Of a DNA stretch of 64,000 nucleotides, positions 22,714 through 31,309 are shown in pieces. The notes under the pieces are model-generated. The model had not been told where the DNA came from and searched no databases. It was given only the letters and a program-made list of their open reading frames with translations. The stretch is from Bacteroidota bacterium (GTDB taxonomy: Bacteria; Bacteroidota; Bacteroidia; Chitinophagales; JADIYW01): the NCBI GenBank assembly GCA_028288625.1, contig JAQBNI010000049.1, positions 771-64,770 on the forward strand, written 5' to 3'. Position 1 is the first letter of the stretch. Each line of letters starts with the position of its first letter. Made by a program: the position numbers and the translations under genes.

Positions 22714-22794
22714 TTATGGCAAAGAAATCTATACAAGAAAAATTGCATTAATCATTCAACATTCATCATTCATCATTCAACATAACATTAACCA

Positions 22795-23547
22795 TTGCTC
22801 ACTAAGCGCATCATACCATGTTTGGATATTAAGAACGGACAAACCGTTAAGGGTGTCAATTTTGTAAATTTAATTCATGCAGGCGATCCTGTAGAGCTTG
22901 CACAGGCTTATGTACTGCAAGGCGCCGATGAACTGGTTTTCCTGGATATTACGGCGACTGTAGAGAATCGTAAAACATTGATAGAGCTAGTGGAAAGAGT
23001 TGCAGCTGCTATCAACATTCCGTTTACGGTTGGCGGTGGCATTTCCACGATACAGGACGTAGATGCACTCTTAAACGCGGGAGCTGATAAAGTTTCCATC
23101 AACTCATCAGCAGTCAAAGACCCATCATTGATCAACAATTTATCAGATCGCTTTGGATCGCAGTGTATAGTTGTTGCGATCGACACACGCAAGGAAGACG
23201 ACTGGAAAGTATATACGCACGGCGGGAGAAATGCGACGGCGATGTACACAAAACAATGGGTGAAAGAAATTGAAGAGCGTGGCGGCGGTGAAATACTGCT
23301 TACTTCCATGGATCACGACGGAACAAAAAACGGCTTTGCATTGGATATTACAAAATGGTGTACGGATAATTTATCCATACCTGTAATTGCAAGCGGCGGC
23401 GCCGGAAACAATGCTCATTTTGCGGATGTATTTAATTTTGCCAATGCTGATGCAGCGCTTGCAGCGAGTGTATTTCACTTTGGAGAAATTAAAATTCCGG
23501 ATCTGAAAATGTATTTAAAAGATCACAATGTTCCTGTAAGACTTTAA
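22795..23547 (+). CDS. hisF: imidazole glycerol phosphate synthase, cyclase subunit
   Basis: [34 protein letters not shown] start at 22795. Confidence 0.95.
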   Translation: MLTKRIIPCLDIKNGQTVKGVNFVNLIHAGDPVELAQAYVLQGADELVFLDITATVENRKTLIELVERVAAAINIPFTVGGGISTIQDVDALLNAGADKVSINSSAVKDPSLINNLSDRFGSQCIVVAIDTRKEDDWKVYTHGGRNATAMYTKQWVKEIEERGGGEILLTSMDHDGTKNGFALDITKWCTDNLSIPVIASGGAGNNAHFADVFNFANADAALAASVFHFGEIKIPDLKMYLKDHNVPVRL

Positions 23548-23585
23548 ATTCACTAATTTTGCAACTCTATAATTCTAAATTATTC

Positions 23586-24179
23586 ATGCAACCAGACTTC
23601 AATAAAGAAAATGGACTACTACCGGCGATCATCCAGGATTACCGCACAGGAAAAGTATTGATGCTGGGTTACATGAATGAAGAAAGCTTAGCTAAAACAA
23701 AGGAAACCGGGAAAATCACTTTTTATTCGCGCAGCAAAAAAAGATTATGGACGAAGGGAGAGGAGAGCGGAAATTTCTTGCAGCTGAAAGAAATTAAACT
23801 GGATTGCGACAATGATACTTTTTTAATTAAAGCGGATCCGCTGGGACCGGTTTGTCATAAAGGAACTGATACTTGCTGGGATGAAAAAAATGAGGAAACA
23901 TTTTCTTTTTTACATCAGCTCGAAGATGTAATTCAGGATAGAAAGAAAAATCCGAAAGAAGGTTCGTACACAAATCAGTTGTTTAATAAAGGCTTAAATA
24001 AAATTGCCCAGAAGGTTGGAGAAGAAGCCGTAGAGGTGGTTATCGAAGCAAAAGATACCAACGACGAATTGTTTAAGAATGAATCCGCAGACCTTTTGTT
24101 CCATCTTTTGGTGTTATTTACGGAGAAAGGTATTCCACTAAATGAGGTCATTAAAATATTAAGGGAAAGGCACAAATAA
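23586..24179 (+). CDS. hisIE: bifunctional phosphoribosyl-AMP cyclohydrolase / phosphoribosyl-ATP pyrophosphatase
   Basis: HisI motifs (LLPAIIQDY, WTKGEESGN, CHKGTDTCW) followed by a HisE helical domain (KVGEEAVE, LLFHLL). ATG at 23586 preferred over the upstream alternative start. Confidence 0.9.
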   Translation: MQPDFNKENGLLPAIIQDYRTGKVLMLGYMNEESLAKTKETGKITFYSRSKKRLWTKGEESGNFLQLKEIKLDCDNDTFLIKADPLGPVCHKGTDTCWDEKNEETFSFLHQLEDVIQDRKKNPKEGSYTNQLFNKGLNKIAQKVGEEAVEVVIEAKDTNDELFKNESADLLFHLLVLFTEKGIPLNEVIKILRERHK

Positions 24180-24336
24180 CAGCCTGTTTCATTGGTTTCT
24201 ATATAATAAGTTTATTCCTCATTTCACCTTATTATTTTCACTCTTAAAATGTGTTAATCATGAACCTTTTCGTGCTTGAGATTTGTTTTATATATAGATC
24301 AGGAAGTTGAGGAAATGTGAAAACGAACAATGAATT

Positions 24337-24380
24337 GAAATTGTAAACTTTAAAATTTAATCCAATGTAGCAACAGGAAA
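24337..24380 (+). repeat. direct repeat copy 1 (GAAATTG..AAATTAATCCAATGTAGCAA core)
   Basis: Shares ~45 nt with 24422-24467, including the identical 17-mer TTAATCCAATGTAGCAA. Copies are 85 nt apart in a purine-rich intergenic region. Confidence 0.7.
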
Positions 24381-24421
24381 TTAAATAGATCGAAACCAGA
24401 AAATGAAAATGTGATAATAGA

Positions 24422-24467
24422 GAAATTGAAAATAATTAAAATTAATCCAATGTAGCAATACAGAAAA
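24422..24467 (+). repeat. direct repeat copy 2
   Basis: See copy 1. Confidence 0.7.
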
Positions 24468-24511
24468 GAATATTAGCGGCAGCTATTTCAGGGTTTTTAT
24501 GTTTCTTAGTA

Positions 24512-24539
24512 AGACCGTCCTTCAGGACGGTTTTTTTTA
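24512..24539 (+). terminator. intrinsic terminator, plus-strand oriented
   Basis: ACCGTCC-TTCA-GGACGGT stem-loop followed by T8. On the minus strand no U-tract follows the hairpin. Confidence 0.75.
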
Positions 24540-25385
24540 TTCGTGATTTTTTGCCAGCAGGAACTTTTGTTTGAATGTAGATTTTTCAAAAAGGGTCGCA
24601 TGATCAATTTCAGCAGTATTTCCATAACTATGATTGCCGCCGCCATGACCACCGCCACCTCTTTGTCCGCCGCCGCCTTTATCAAATCCACCAAATCCAT
24701 CACTTTTATGTTTATAGCCTTCATCGCCCCGACTTACAATTGCAGTTTTATCAAGTGCGTTCACGGTAACATTTAATTGCAACTCTTTTACATCAAATAA
24801 ATCATTAGTGGAAAGTTCACTTAATGGTATTGCAAATTCAAAAACAATATTCTCTCCATTATTACCTATGCCTGCTTTAATTCCCGTACTATTATTTACA
24901 GATAAGGTGCCATTTTGTGTAGTAAAGCCTTTCGTACTTATATTAGAAAGACGTAAGCGGTAAGAATCGATCATTTCATTAATATCAAATTTTCCTTTTT
25001 TACTTTCTACTGAGCCTGCGCTATAATCAGTTTTATTGTGTCCGCTATTGTTCATTTGTCCCGCAATAGCAGGAAATATTATAGTTGAAGTAAATTTTGC
25101 TTTTTTATCTTTCGATGACAGCTCAAGATCCCAGCCTGCATGCATAAGCTTATGCATTTTTTGCTTTTCGTTTGCTTCAAAACATATATAGAGACTCTTA
25201 TTGTCATTCGCTATTGAAAACAACAAGCCGGTATTAGTATTATAAAGGTGAAGTGGTTTCTCCCAATCTTTATCATCTCCATCTATTGACACAGGCATAG
25301 ACTGCCAATGCGATTGATGAACTTGTGCGTTTGAAATAATTGTGAATAGGAAAAAGGGTAGGATGAAAAACAGTTTTATTTTCAT
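24537..25385 (-). CDS. hypothetical secreted protein with Gly-rich C-terminal tail
   Basis: Signal peptide MKIKLFFILPFFLFTIISNAQ. C-terminal GGFDKGGGGQRGGGGHGGGNH tract. Confidence 0.55.
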   Translation of the reverse strand: MKIKLFFILPFFLFTIISNAQVHQSHWQSMPVSIDGDDKDWEKPLHLYNTNTGLLFSIANDNKSLYICFEANEKQKMHKLMHAGWDLELSSKDKKAKFTSTIIFPAIAGQMNNSGHNKTDYSAGSVESKKGKFDINEMIDSYRLRLSNISTKGFTTQNGTLSVNNSTGIKAGIGNNGENIVFEFAIPLSELSTNDLFDVKELQLNVTVNALDKTAIVSRGDEGYKHKSDGFGGFDKGGGGQRGGGGHGGGNHSYGNTAEIDHATLFEKSTFKQKFLLAKNHE

Positions 25386-25442
25386 GTAAAGTTTTATGTT
25401 AGACTAAAATTTCGGAGAGAAGTTTAAAACCGAAAAAATAAA

Positions 25443-26723
25443 TTATTCTTTTCGCTTAAACGGTCTGATAATTAATCGCAGGGTGCGATCATATGTAAAA
25501 TAATTATAGATCCAGCCGAGGGTAACTACTATTTTATTTCTGAAACCGATCAATGTAAGTACATGAACGAATAACCACGCCAGCCATGCAATAAACCCAC
25601 CCATTCTGATGCCGTTGCTTTCCAGCACTGCTTTGTTTCTGCCAACCGTTGCCATAATACCTTTATCAAAATATTTGAACGGTTTCACTTCCTTTCCTTT
25701 TGACCGGCGGATAATATTTTTCGCCACAAGTTCTCCTTGCTGTATTGCCACCGGTGCAACCATTGGGTGTCCCTTCGGATATTTTTCCTGCACCAGCATT
25801 GCTACATCACCAATCGCAAAAATGTTTTCGTAACCTTTCACCCTGCAATGCTCATCTATTGCAATGCGGTTATTTACAATAGCTTCAGCAACAAAACCAT
25901 TTATAGGATTTCCTTTTACGCCGGCAGTCCATATAACAGTATCGGTGCGGACTGTTTTTCCGTTATTCAAAAATATTTGGTTGCCGTCATAATCCGTAAC
26001 AATAGTATTCAGCCATACATTCACACCAAAATCTTTTACGTACTTCAATGACTTTGCAGAATTTTCAGGATGCATTGCACCAAGCAATCTATCGCCTGAT
26101 TCAAATAAATGGATCTGCATTTTACTAAAATCAAGTTCCGGATAATCTTTCGGTAGGATTGTTTTTCGCATTTCTCCGATCGCGCCTGCTAACTCAACAC
26201 CTGTTGGTCCTCCGCCAACGATTGCTATATTGATCAGTTCTTCCTTTAATTCTTCATCAAATGTGATCAGGGCTTTTTCAAAGTTTTCAAGAATAAAACT
26301 TCGTAGATCCAATGCCTGGGGAATATCTTTCATCTGCATCATTTTTGTAGATGCCTCTTTGGGAAATTTAAAAAAATTAGTAGTGCTGCCCGTTGCAATA
26401 ATCAGGAAGTCATAATGCAGATCGCCTATATCAGTATGGATCTTCTGCATTGCTGTATCCACGTTTTTTACTTCCGCCATTCTGAAAACACCATTCGGAA
26501 TATCCTGCATTAATTTTCGCAATGGATATGCAATACTCCCTGGCTCGAGTCCACCTGTTGCTACCTGGTACAACAAAGGCTGAAAGGTGTGATAATTGTG
26601 TTTGTCGATTAATACGACCTGAAGATTTTCACGTTTCAATCGCTTAGCGATCTCAATGCCGCCGAAGCCGCCTCCAATGATCACAATCCGCTTTTGTGTT
26701 GTTGCCGGAATTTTTAAATCCAT
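25443..26723 (-). CDS. ndh: type II NADH:quinone oxidoreductase (NDH-2)
   Basis: Two dinucleotide folds (IVIIGGGFGG, IAIVGGGPTGVELAG), IGDVA, and a C-terminal membrane-anchoring helix. Confidence 0.88.
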   Translation of the reverse strand: MDLKIPATTQKRIVIIGGGFGGIEIAKRLKRENLQVVLIDKHNYHTFQPLLYQVATGGLEPGSIAYPLRKLMQDIPNGVFRMAEVKNVDTAMQKIHTDIGDLHYDFLIIATGSTTNFFKFPKEASTKMMQMKDIPQALDLRSFILENFEKALITFDEELKEELINIAIVGGGPTGVELAGAIGEMRKTILPKDYPELDFSKMQIHLFESGDRLLGAMHPENSAKSLKYVKDFGVNVWLNTIVTDYDGNQIFLNNGKTVRTDTVIWTAGVKGNPINGFVAEAIVNNRIAIDEHCRVKGYENIFAIGDVAMLVQEKYPKGHPMVAPVAIQQGELVAKNIIRRSKGKEVKPFKYFDKGIMATVGRNKAVLESNGIRMGGFIAWLAWLFVHVLTLIGFRNKIVVTLGWIYNYFTYDRTLRLIIRPFKRKE

Positions 26724-26863
26724 GGTAGATGGTTAATGCTTATTTAAGCCATCAAAAGTAAACCATAATTTTTATATAAGGTTTAAATTGATATTATATA
26801 CTTCTGTAATTTATTATCTTTGAGATAACACATCATTCAACATTCAACATTCATCATTATCCC

Positions 26864-27628
26864 ATGGCGCATATTCATTTGATAAAAAAAGAAAATTACG
26901 GAATTATCCAAATGGACCGTGACAGGGCAAATCCGATGAACCATGAGTTTGTGGCTGAATTGAGGATTGCGCTGAAGAATTTTTCCGAAGATGATAATAT
27001 ACAAGGTGCGATCATCAATGGTAAGGATAATTTTTTTACTGCAGGGTTGGACATTCCTGAATTATATACTTATGATGAAAGACAATTTGAAAAATTCTGG
27101 AGAAATTTTATGGATCTGATCTCTGATCTTGTTGCATTTGATAAACCGTTGATTGCATCCATTACAGGTCATTCTCCTGCAGGAGGATGCGTTCTTGCGA
27201 TTTGCTGCGATTATCGTGTGATGGCGGAAGGAAATTTTAAAATAGGATTAAATGAGATACCAATCGGTCTTATCGTACCACGTGGAATATTTGATATTTA
27301 CAGCTATTGGGTGGGAAGAAAAATTGCATTTCAATATTTGATGGAAGGTAAAATGGTTTCTCCGGAACAAGCTAAAGAAATTGGTCTTGTTGATGAAGTT
27401 GTTCCTGCGGATAAAGTTCTTGAAACAGCGGAAAAGAAATTGAAACAGTATCTGCAATATGAGCAACACGGATGGCGCATCACAAAGAGACAGCTTAAGC
27501 AGGATCAGCTGCGTTCCATTAGTTCCACTTCTGAATTTGAAACCAAAACATTCCTGCAACAGTGGTGGAGTGAACCTGTGAGGACAATCGCCGCGAATTT
27601 TGTTGAACAATTGAAAAAGAAAAAATAG
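26864..27628 (+). CDS. enoyl-CoA hydratase/isomerase (crotonase) family protein
   Basis: Crotonase fold motifs (FFTAGLDI, ITGHSPAGGCVLA). Confidence 0.8.
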   Translation: MAHIHLIKKENYGIIQMDRDRANPMNHEFVAELRIALKNFSEDDNIQGAIINGKDNFFTAGLDIPELYTYDERQFEKFWRNFMDLISDLVAFDKPLIASITGHSPAGGCVLAICCDYRVMAEGNFKIGLNEIPIGLIVPRGIFDIYSYWVGRKIAFQYLMEGKMVSPEQAKEIGLVDEVVPADKVLETAEKKLKQYLQYEQHGWRITKRQLKQDQLRSISSTSEFETKTFLQQWWSEPVRTIAANFVEQLKKKK

Positions 27629-27647
27629 AAATTTATTTCAACTGGTT

Positions 27648-28676
27648 ATGGAAAATAAGTTTCTTTCGTTTGAAAACCGCTTAGCTAAAGTATATAAGCA
27701 CATTTCTAAAATAGCACGCAAGCAACAGCTTTCTTGCTTCCGCGTGTATAATGTTGATCTTCCCGAATTTCCTTTTATTATTGATGTTTACAAGGATCTT
27801 GTATATGTTGCGGAATACAAAAGCAAGCATAAATTATCGGAAGAAGAATATGCTGAATGGCTAAGCACATCACTTAAAATTATTGAGAAAGTATTTGCAA
27901 CAGATGAAGCTCATGTTTTTCTGAAGGTGCGCGAACGGCAGAAAGGAGAGCAACAGTACGCTAAGCTCAACACTGCGAAAAAAGAAATGATCGTTGACGA
28001 GATCTCAATTAACAAGTATACAAGGCAAACCGAAGATAAAATGGAGATACTTTCTTCTCCTGTAAAAAATTCATCTGATGAAGAAAATTATAAGCTGAGC
28101 TTTATTGTAAATCTTTCAGATTACCTGGATACCGGTTTGTTTTTAGATCATCGCATCACCCGTCAGATCGTAAAAGAAACATCAAATGATAAACGCGTGT
28201 TGAATTTATTTTCGTATACAGGAAGTTTCAGCATTTATGCCGCTGCAGGCAATGCCTCTAAGGTTACAACAATCGATCTTTCCAAAACGTATATCAATTG
28301 GGCAAAGCGCAACATGCAGTACAATAAATTATTCGATGTAAAGAAGCATGAATTTATACAGGATGATGTACTGCAATATTTAAATTCTATTCCTCCGGCT
28401 TCTTATGATCTTATTATTTTAGATCCGCCCACATTTTCAAACAGCAAGCGCATGCAGGATGTTCTCGACATTCAAAATGATCACGTACAAATGATAAATC
28501 AATGTCTTGATATTCTTGCAGACAATGGAATTTTGTTGTTCAGCACAAATCACCGGAACTTTATTCTTGCACAGGATGAAATCCATGCACATATTATAAA
28601 AGACATTACAAAGCAAACCACTCCATTTGATTTTGAAGGGAAATTAAAGCGAAAATGTTATTGGATAGAAAAGTAG
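27648..28676 (+). CDS. class I SAM-dependent RNA methyltransferase (RlmK/RlmI-like)
   Basis: LNLFSYTGSFSIYAA (motif I), DLS.TYINWAKRN, ILDPPTFSNSK (motif IV). Confidence 0.72.
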   Translation: MENKFLSFENRLAKVYKHISKIARKQQLSCFRVYNVDLPEFPFIIDVYKDLVYVAEYKSKHKLSEEEYAEWLSTSLKIIEKVFATDEAHVFLKVRERQKGEQQYAKLNTAKKEMIVDEISINKYTRQTEDKMEILSSPVKNSSDEENYKLSFIVNLSDYLDTGLFLDHRITRQIVKETSNDKRVLNLFSYTGSFSIYAAAGNASKVTTIDLSKTYINWAKRNMQYNKLFDVKKHEFIQDDVLQYLNSIPPASYDLIILDPPTFSNSKRMQDVLDIQNDHVQMINQCLDILADNGILLFSTNHRNFILAQDEIHAHIIKDITKQTTPFDFEGKLKRKCYWIEK

Positions 28677-29144
28677 CTACTGTTCCTTTATGCCGTACTT
28701 CTTGAGATAAGCATCTTCAGCAGCATTAAATTTTTCGTCGTAAGGTTTTTCTTTAACGGAAATATCTTTGAATAATGCCTGTATCTTTTCTTTGTATTCC
28801 TTGTTGTCAATATCCGGATCTTCTACATATTTCAGCAGCTGCCTGTATTGTTTCTCACTCACACTTAAAAAGTATTTAAACAGTTCAACAGTAGCTTTTT
28901 TTAATTGTACTTCATTATTGTATGCGGGAATACTGTCCATAATCGCAATGCTTTTGCGTATCTGGAAATTCAGGATATTTAAATTCAGCTGAGAAACCCT
29001 GTTCTTGAAAAAATATATTTCCTTGCCGATATTTCCCTGTTCCGTTTTGATCGTTTGGTAATACGTGTTCGCCGCAATATTATTTTCGGAAAAAATATTG
29101 CAGTAGGAGATGGTCAACAAAAAGAAACTCAGGATAAATTTCAA
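28677..29144 (-). CDS. hypothetical secreted protein
   Basis: 155-aa ORF with signal-like N-terminus, helical. Its stop abuts the convergent methyltransferase stop. Confidence 0.5.
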   Translation of the reverse strand: MKFILSFFLLTISYCNIFSENNIAANTYYQTIKTEQGNIGKEIYFFKNRVSQLNLNILNFQIRKSIAIMDSIPAYNNEVQLKKATVELFKYFLSVSEKQYRQLLKYVEDPDIDNKEYKEKIQALFKDISVKEKPYDEKFNAAEDAYLKKYGIKEQ

Positions 29145-29223
29145 TAGAAAATTAATTCAGTTCTATAATAGTACAAAAATTGATAATACTAATAACTAAT
29201 AACTCTTAACTCATAACTTCCAC

Positions 29224-30045
29224 TCAATGCTTCATCATCTTTAACTCATGGATCATATCGGCAAAATATTGTTTTGCATCAAATTTTGTATTACCAAAGA
29301 ACTGTGTCAACCCAACCATATCAGCATGACTCACGGAGCTTGCAGCCTCTGTTTCGATAAGCCCCCGGTAATTTCCCCACTTGCACGATTCAATCCCGAC
29401 CATGCCGTCATTTTTTCCTTCATAAGGTCGGATAATATATGCGATTGTCTTCCATAAAATATTCGGATAATCCTTATTCACGTGGCTCGCATAACTCTGG
29501 TAGTACACTTTCGACGAATCAGGAACTTCCTCATTAAATTGTTTCATTCCTTCCGTAGTAACCTGTACCACCGCGCGCAAACTATCCGGTCTTTTATCAC
29601 CCATTAATGTTGCGTATAAATTCACTAACCGCGCAGTTGCAAATTTTGGCAACGGCAATCTTCCTAAAATAATATCTGCAAGATGTGTGCCACGATGTGG
29701 TGAACCGAGCGTGGTCACACTCGAAATATGTTCGTCCATCTGCAACCTGCTCGCCAGGTAACGCGCTTCCAGCCCACCCTTGGAATGACCTATAATATTG
29801 ATCTTATCTTTTTTTGTTTTTTCAAGAATATCGAGTATTCTGAACTTCAATTTTATCGCATTATCCGGGATAGAAATAAATGCTTCCTGTTGCGCGGTAT
29901 ACACATCACAGCCATGAAGTTTTAAGAAATCGGGAATACCCGTCCAGTAATTCAATAACCGGCTTTGGTCATGAAATCCCAATCCACTCACAAGGATCAC
30001 GGGGTATTTTGTGTCGCAATAAGATAATTTCTTTTCTGGAGTCAT
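29224..30045 (-). CDS. triacylglycerol lipase-like alpha/beta hydrolase
   Basis: PVILVSGLGF oxyanion region, nucleophile elbow GHSKGG, and family I lipase-like layout. Confidence 0.75.
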   Translation of the reverse strand: MTPEKKLSYCDTKYPVILVSGLGFHDQSRLLNYWTGIPDFLKLHGCDVYTAQQEAFISIPDNAIKLKFRILDILEKTKKDKINIIGHSKGGLEARYLASRLQMDEHISSVTTLGSPHRGTHLADIILGRLPLPKFATARLVNLYATLMGDKRPDSLRAVVQVTTEGMKQFNEEVPDSSKVYYQSYASHVNKDYPNILWKTIAYIIRPYEGKNDGMVGIESCKWGNYRGLIETEAASSVSHADMVGLTQFFGNTKFDAKQYFADMIHELKMMKH

Positions 30046-30185
30046 AAATTAGTTCGGAAGCAGGAATGCAATTTTAGGTTATGTCTTTAAATAAACAAAT
30101 CATTTTATATTAAGTTTGTTGTTTAACCATGAATTAATACGAAAATAGTTGCATTTTAAAATTATTCTATTTTAATTTGTAAACA

Positions 30186-30230
30186 ATGAATAACACATTT
30201 TTCTACGGCTATTATTTTTTTCGCACATAA
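30186..30230 (+). CDS. candidate leader peptide MNNTFFYGYYFFRT of the aromatic amino acid operon
   Basis: 14 codons, of which 4 are Phe and 3 Tyr, clustered at codons 5-12. Sits 74 nt upstream of pheA and just upstream of a terminator. Confidence 0.6.
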   Translation: MNNTFFYGYYFFRT

Positions 30231-30270
30231 GCGGGACGAATCATACTGTAGCAAATTAAATAGTATAACA

Positions 30271-30298
30271 AGTCTCGAGTAAATCGGGACTTTTTTTA
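30271..30298 (+). terminator. attenuator terminator upstream of pheA
   Basis: AGTCTCG-AGTAAAT-CGGGACT (7 bp including one G-U) followed by T7. The 5' arm can alternatively pair with CGGGAC at 30232-30237, immediately after the leader stop codon. Confidence 0.6.
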
Positions 30299-30303
30299 TA
30301 ATA

Positions 30304-31140
30304 ATGAGATCGAAAATAGCCATACAGGGATTTGAAGCATCCTTTCATGAAATTGCCGCGTTACAGTTTTTCGGGAAGGATATAGAAACAGTGGAATGTG
30401 CCACTTTTCATAAGCTATTTGATGTGATGGAAAAGAACGAAGCAGGCTATGCAATTTGTGCGATAGAAAATTCTTTGGCTGGATCAATATTGCCGAATTA
30501 TGCATCGCTGAGAAATTCTGACCTGGAAATATTCGGTGAAGTTTACCTGCACATTGAAATGAATTTAATGGCGTTGCCGGGACAAAAGATAGAACACATT
30601 GAAGAAGTGCATTCTCATCCGATGGCGCTTTTGCAATGCACAGGATTTTTCGAAAATTATTCGAACATACAATTGGTGGAATCCAGCGATACGGCTTTAA
30701 GTGCAAAAGATATAAAACAAAATCATATCAAGCATCGCGGCGCAGTAGCGAGCAAGCGTGCAGCTGAATTATTTGAACTGGAAATTATTGCAGAAGATAT
30801 TCACGATAACAAAAGAAATTTTACACGTTTCCTGGCGTTGCGCAAACAGAACAATCAAAATTCGCGGAACGAGGATTTCAATAAATCATCAATTAGTTTT
30901 CGCTCGCATCATACACCGGGCAGTCTTGCAAAAGTTTTAACCGCAATTGGCGAACATAATATAAATCTTACAAAGATTCAGTCGCTGCCGGTTATAGGAG
31001 AAGAATGGCAATATTATATGTATGCCGACCTCGAGTTTGAAAATAAGGATGAGTTTGAAAAAATGCTGAATGAAATTGAACCGCTGACAAGAGAACTGAA
31101 AATTTTAGGAAAGTATAAACAGGGAGAAAAGATTCTGTAA
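30304..31140 (+). CDS. pheA: prephenate dehydratase
   Basis: PDT domain (IAIQGFEASFHE, ENSLAGSI, TRFL) plus C-terminal ACT domain (ESRP-like region, NLTKIQSLP). Confidence 0.9.
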   Translation: MRSKIAIQGFEASFHEIAALQFFGKDIETVECATFHKLFDVMEKNEAGYAICAIENSLAGSILPNYASLRNSDLEIFGEVYLHIEMNLMALPGQKIEHIEEVHSHPMALLQCTGFFENYSNIQLVESSDTALSAKDIKQNHIKHRGAVASKRAAELFELEIIAEDIHDNKRNFTRFLALRKQNNQNSRNEDFNKSSISFRSHHTPGSLAKVLTAIGEHNINLTKIQSLPVIGEEWQYYMYADLEFENKDEFEKMLNEIEPLTRELKILGKYKQGEKIL

Positions 31141-31309
31141 TGTTGAATGTTGAATGATGAATGTTGAATGATGAATTAACGTTATTCTGAGCGTGCGAAG
31201 AATCTGTTTTATAAAATTTAAAATATTGAATTAGAAAATGCAATTCCTTTTAGAATAGGAGTCTGAAAAAAATACAAAATACAACATACAAAATACAACA
31301 TAACAAAAC

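Noticed and set aside
24337-24467. Possible CRISPR array
   Set aside because: There are only two imperfect repeat copies, no cas genes, and the repeats are AT-rich with no palindromic core. Treated as a direct repeat in a candidate sRNA or 3'-UTR.
30296-30706. 136-aa minus-strand ORF
   Set aside because: Antisense to pheA, whose translation has clear PDT/ACT motifs. The antisense product has none.
31181-31210. ATTCT...AGAAT hairpin plus CTGTTTT after pheA as an internal operon terminator
   Set aside because: The stem is only 5 bp with an interrupted U-tract, too weak to call. Operon continuity from pheA to the aminotransferase gene is left open.
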